The notes under the pieces: generated by a model
Databases searched by the model: none
Told to the model about the DNA's origin: nothing
What the model saw: the letters and a program-made list of their open reading frames with translations, nothing else
Shown: positions 59,611-64,000 of the stretch, piece by piece
Position numbering within the stretch: position 1 is the first letter of the stretch
Layout of the letters: the number at the start of each line of letters is the position of its first letter
Made by a program: the position numbers and the translations under genes
Assembly (NCBI GenBank): GCA_964016885.1
Contig: OZ024740.1
Span: forward strand, 278,194,001 to 278,258,000
DNA: 64,000 nucleotides
Origin: Eledone cirrhosa
Taxonomy: Eukaryota
Direction: 5' to 3'

Positions 59611-59780
59611 GAAGGCGTGTGGTTTAGTAATTAATTTGTTCATATCTTGACCATAAGATAATTCGTTCATTTTCTGGCAGCGTGTTGAGTCCTTGAGCAA
59701 GGCACTTTATTTCAAGTTGCTCCATCCCACTCCACCAGCAAAAATGAGTTGTACATGTAATTCAAATCAATAGATTTGTC
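59611..59780 (+). mobile_element. SINE family B (CORE-like), probably interrupted by the piggyBac-like element and resuming ~60700-60740
   Basis: gaaggcgtgtggtttagt..gtccttgagcaaggcactttatttc. Confidence 0.7.
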
Positions 59781-59784
59781 TTAA

Positions 59785-60695
59785 CCCTATTATGCATGGG
59801 TGGGGAGCTCTGAAAGCCCGTCCTCGTTGATTTCTTTTTTTTTTTTTTTTGTGCATAACTTTTTGAAAGGAAGCAGATTTTTGTCTGAAATTGTGTGACT
59901 TTTCCTAACATTTACCCTGTTGTATGCTCAGATAACAGATTTTGAAGCATTTTGCGCACTGCCCCAGAAGCAGCAGGAGTTAAAATGATAATATTTCTTC
60001 GATTTTCCTTGTTACAAAATTTGATTATACAGACTTTGTAACCAAAGCAATATTGCCAAAGAGCATTACCAATATAATGTAAGTATCTTGAGTTGCATGT
60101 CAACGGTTGATATGGCAACCCCATCGTTTTCATAGCAGTAATATTTTATCCATTTTGCAAAACTTTTGACAATGCAATGTTGTTGTTTTTTCATACATAG
60201 CAAAGAGAAGGTACATGATATACATACATATTCAGTATCTATATCCCTGTAACGTTTCATGGCCGTAGCCTTGGTGGTTCTGGAACATTTTGAACACTAT
60301 TAAATGTTGTTAGTTCATTTCCTGACCGGGCGATGCGTTATGTCCTTGAGCAAGACGCTTTATTTCACGTTGCTCCTTCTACCTGGAGTTGCGACCGATA
60401 GATAGTATTAGCAATTGGAAAGACCAACGGAAACATTGTTTCCTCGGTCCGATTTGACGAAAGTCGATCGATTCCTTAAAGTAGTAAATTTCAAGACATC
60501 TGAGTACAACTGATGAGGTCATCAGAAAAGTGATGATGTCAGCAACATTTCTGTAATGCAGAAATGCTTACATATCAATGGTCTATAATTTTGCCATATT
60601 TCATTTTCATAGCGTCATTGATTCAGGAATAAAGCAGGGGGCTCTGAGAACCCCCCAGACTTTCGGAGCCCTTAAAACGCCTAGGTATTATAGGG
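59785..60695. mobile_element. piggyBac-like non-autonomous element
   Basis: TTAA on both sides, imperfect TIRs ccctattatgcatggg / ccctataatacctagg, subterminal ggg..gctctga..ccc motifs. Contains a SINE B fragment at 60320-60472. Confidence 0.65.
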
Positions 60696-61308
60696 TTAAA
60701 CAATGTCACACTGGATCTCTGAGAACTACGATAAGGTTTGTAAAATAATCAGCAACCTACACGATAATTTCACGAGCAGTCTGTTCCCTTTGTTCAATGA
60801 AGTTGAACACTCGTTGAAACCCACTAAAGTTCAACACAACATGTATGCACATTTGCTTGTTTGTATAAATGTATGTATGAGTTAGATTTTATACATTGAA
60901 TTTACAATAAGAAATAATAATGATTATCATATTCTAATTCATATATTTTATTCAAAAATATATACATATGTGTATGTATATATATATTTGTATGTGTGTG
61001 TGCAGTGTAATAATCAACAAATATGATAGAGCTCTATATCAGTAGAAGAGCTACACAGTTATTTGATATCGAAATTACTCAATATTATATGAATTACTAT
61101 CCGGTTACGTACCGGATTAGATTATTCTATTGGAGATAATCTATTAACACAGCTCTCCTATAGTCTTCAAACGTCAATATTTATAAACAAAGAAGCCTGA
61201 CGAGTGCTGGAGAGAAGTAGGGATATGTTATCTCCATTAAAATAATTCCTTTATGTGTGAAACCAGGTGGTAACCTACTTAATGCTGTGTGATATCATTA
61301 AAATGTAA

Positions 61309-61480
61309 TAATTGTTTCTACTTTTGGCACAAGGCCAGCAATTACCCTTTATTTTATCGACCCCGTAAGGATGAAAGGAAAAGTTAACCTCGGCGGGATT
61401 TGAACTCAGAATAGCAAGGGCCGTGACTCTATACGTCAAAGCATGGCGCCCGACCCTCTACCGATACTGCGAATCCACCG
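61309..61480 (-). mobile_element. SINE family A copy
   Basis: Reverse complement of the family consensus. Confidence 0.85.
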
Positions 61481-62399
61481 TAATAATGTATATAAATACA
61501 TTTGTTTGAACAAGGAGGTGGAAATAGAGTACTCATTATTATACCATATTTTAATGGAAGCTGAGAACTAACCAATCGTTACTCAGAGGACAATAATGAA
61601 GAATGGAGGATAATTAGACAAACCTATAATTTTTATATTTATGTTACCGTGAAATAATATTATTGGCAGACCTTATGGCTGTGTACAAAAAATAAAAATT
61701 ACCCATGTACACAACATGGAATAGAAAGAAGTAAAAGAAAGGAGTAAGGGGGAGATTTTATTCTTCATAAAAGAGAAACAAGAGAGGAGAAAGAAAGCGG
61801 GGAAAAATTGGAAACATGTACGTATTGAAGGGCCATTGATGAAAGACTTTAAAAAATCTTAGTTTAAAAGAAATCAGGTGAGAGTAAAAAAGGAGAACAT
61901 GTATTTTATTTTTAATAAACAGTTGGAAAGTTGTTTGGTATTTGAATATAACACGCAGGTGTTCAAGGGAGATAACGCAAAAGAGTAGAAAGGAAGTAGA
62001 TTCAAAACCCTTGGCGTAGTAAGGCAAATAATAGACAGAAAATGGCGGTGAAAAACGATTAATCCGAGAAAATATGACGTTAAGAGAAAGTATAAAGGAA
62101 GATTATAAGAGAAAAGTATAAAGTAAATATTTATAAATATGCCTGCAAGTACTTAATAGTTCAATTGGTTATTTTATTGCATGTGCATCTTGAAATAAAA
62201 TGTACAGTTTCTTAGTTTCGCACAGAAGATAACGTCCGTTTAACGATAAGGTCTCCGCTTTATTTTCAATGTTGATGGGCAGAATTCTTTCACGAACCAA
62301 ATGTAGGTGAACATATTTCTCGAAAAGTATTTCTTTGGCTTTATAAAGAAGTTTATATGGCTGTAAAAACTGTAAAAAGTAAATATTAAACTTTTAAAC

Positions 62400-63400
62400 T
62401 TGCTTAGGTAGTACCGGATCATCTTCAAATACAGGTATTTCTGCTGACAGGATTCTGTCAATGTCTTCTCTGTGTCTTCGTTTCTTGAGATAACTAACAT
62501 ATGGCAATGAGGAAGTCCTGTTTCTTGGGACTCAATGGTGTGAATAAGAGCCACTGGCGCATCACCAAGAATGTGTATTTCTTTGATACCGTTCATCATT
62601 TCAGAAAGCCCTCCCTTCAACACCCGGGCAACTAAATCTAGTCTGTTTTCTGCTGCTTCATTTTGATTAAAATTATTTCGAATATCAAGGCATTTAGGGT
62701 TGCATGTATAAGTTATAAAAATATCTGGCTTGCCATATTTGACAACAATTGTCATAGCATCCTGAAAGTACTGATGCATGCTACTTGAGCTGCCGGTGAA
62801 GGAGGATGGTAAAATAACTCTTTTAACACAGGTTCTGTGTTATCGTCTGCTCCTATTATCTTTAGATAATCCATTAATCCATTGTACACATCCACTCACA
62901 ATTGGGCTTGATTGTTCAAGTATTGGAGCCTGCATGCCTCTACTTTCACATAGGCATCCACTACATACTGCTGAAATAATTTGCCTACCCTATGTATCAA
63001 ACTAAATTCTCTTCTATATGCTATATGGTATATGTAATACTCCTGCATTGTCAGTCTATTGCGGACGCAGGTCCTACGTTCCTCTGCATGCTGTATGCCG
63101 CTATGCCACCCAGAATCACCAAATGGAAACAATAAATGGTAGGTCATGAGGTCTAAGTGGTAGCAAGTATATGGTATTTTCTGAGAAATATGGTATTTAG
63201 GGTAGATGACAATATCTCTGTGTACAGGTGGTGCACCATCTATCCCCACAAAAACAAGAGCTATTTCATTGCTAATTGGTAAATTGTAGCAGCTCATATG
63301 TGATCCTCTTGTAAATCTTAATTCACAGTTCTGTATGTTACGATTTTCTCCCTATAATTTTCATTTGTAAATTTTAAAGTTCCACAATGATCGCACGAAG
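62400..63400 (-). pseudogene. Helitron Rep (HUH) remnant
   Basis: YHLLFPFGDSGWH, LFQQYVVDAY, LPSSFTGSSSSMHQYFQDAM..YGKPDIFITYTCNP, ESQETGLPHCHML (HUH). Frameshifted. Confidence 0.88.
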
Positions 63401-63672
63401 CATTCAAATCACCAATATGAAATTCTTTTACATTGCCATTAATATTAATTGCTGGGCAATTTCTCCTAAGCGCTCATTATGCATTCTATTATGTCTGGAA
63501 TGAACAGTTCTTCAGCATTCATGTTTTCTATTCTAAGTCTATGCGCATCCCTCCGCAGCTCAAGATAATGTGCTCGTTCATTCTTATGAATGTGATCTCC
63601 CCTTTCTTGTTGCCGAAACCAATCACGCTGTAAATGTAATGTATGTTCTTATAGGGCCATATTATCTCTTTT

Positions 63673-63852
63673 GGATTGGCAGTATCGGTAGACGGTCGAA
63701 CGCCATGCTTTGACGCATAGAGTTACGGCCCTTGCCATTCTGAGTTTAAATCCCGCCGAGGTTAACTTTGCCTTTCATCCTTACGGGGTCGATAAAATAA
63801 AGTACCAGTAATACACTGGATAATTGCTGGCCTTGTGCCAAAAGTAGAAACA
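63673..63852 (+). mobile_element. SINE family A copy with TSD
   Basis: TSD attatctctttt at 63661-63672 and 63853-63864. Confidence 0.9.
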
Positions 63853-64000
63853 ATTATCTCTTTTGCTTTCTTGTTGTCTGAGTCTTTGTTTTCTCCAAAT
63901 ATTCTTGACGCTTATCTTGAAGCATATTTTCTCTCCTTTTCTGTTACCTTATTCTAGTTTGGTCTACAACAATATGCCTCTGTTCTTTATTCCTCACGTC

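Noticed and set aside
60508-60540. CTGATGAggtcatcaGAAA
   Set aside because: Self-complementary segment without stems I and III.

Overview
AT-rich eukaryotic intergenic or intronic DNA with dense microsatellites ((TA)n, (CA)n, (TATG)n, (GAAA)n). The SINE families suggest a cephalopod (Octopus-like), which is an inference. No host gene was recognised; nearly all short ORFs in the track are microsatellite artefacts. The window is a nest of mobile elements: five decayed Penelope-like retroelements (four Naiad-like, with CNC-linked GIY-YIG and YRDD RT where RT survives, and one YVDD type), a near full-length RTE LINE and bipartite RTE derivatives, a Helitron Rep remnant, a non-autonomous Helitron, a piggyBac-like MITE and two tRNA-derived SINE families. 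The main hidden signal is about a dozen distinct families of type I hammerhead ribozyme (HHR) motifs. Most lie in non-coding fold-back or partial-tandem elements inserted into (TA)n. They include a 445-nt circularly permuted tandem unit (retrozyme-like), core variants (U3-A8, U4C, U4A), fold-backs that start at the predicted cleavage site, and a 533-bp unit whose HHR-like strands occur in non-canonical order. All folds were made by eye and activity is untested.
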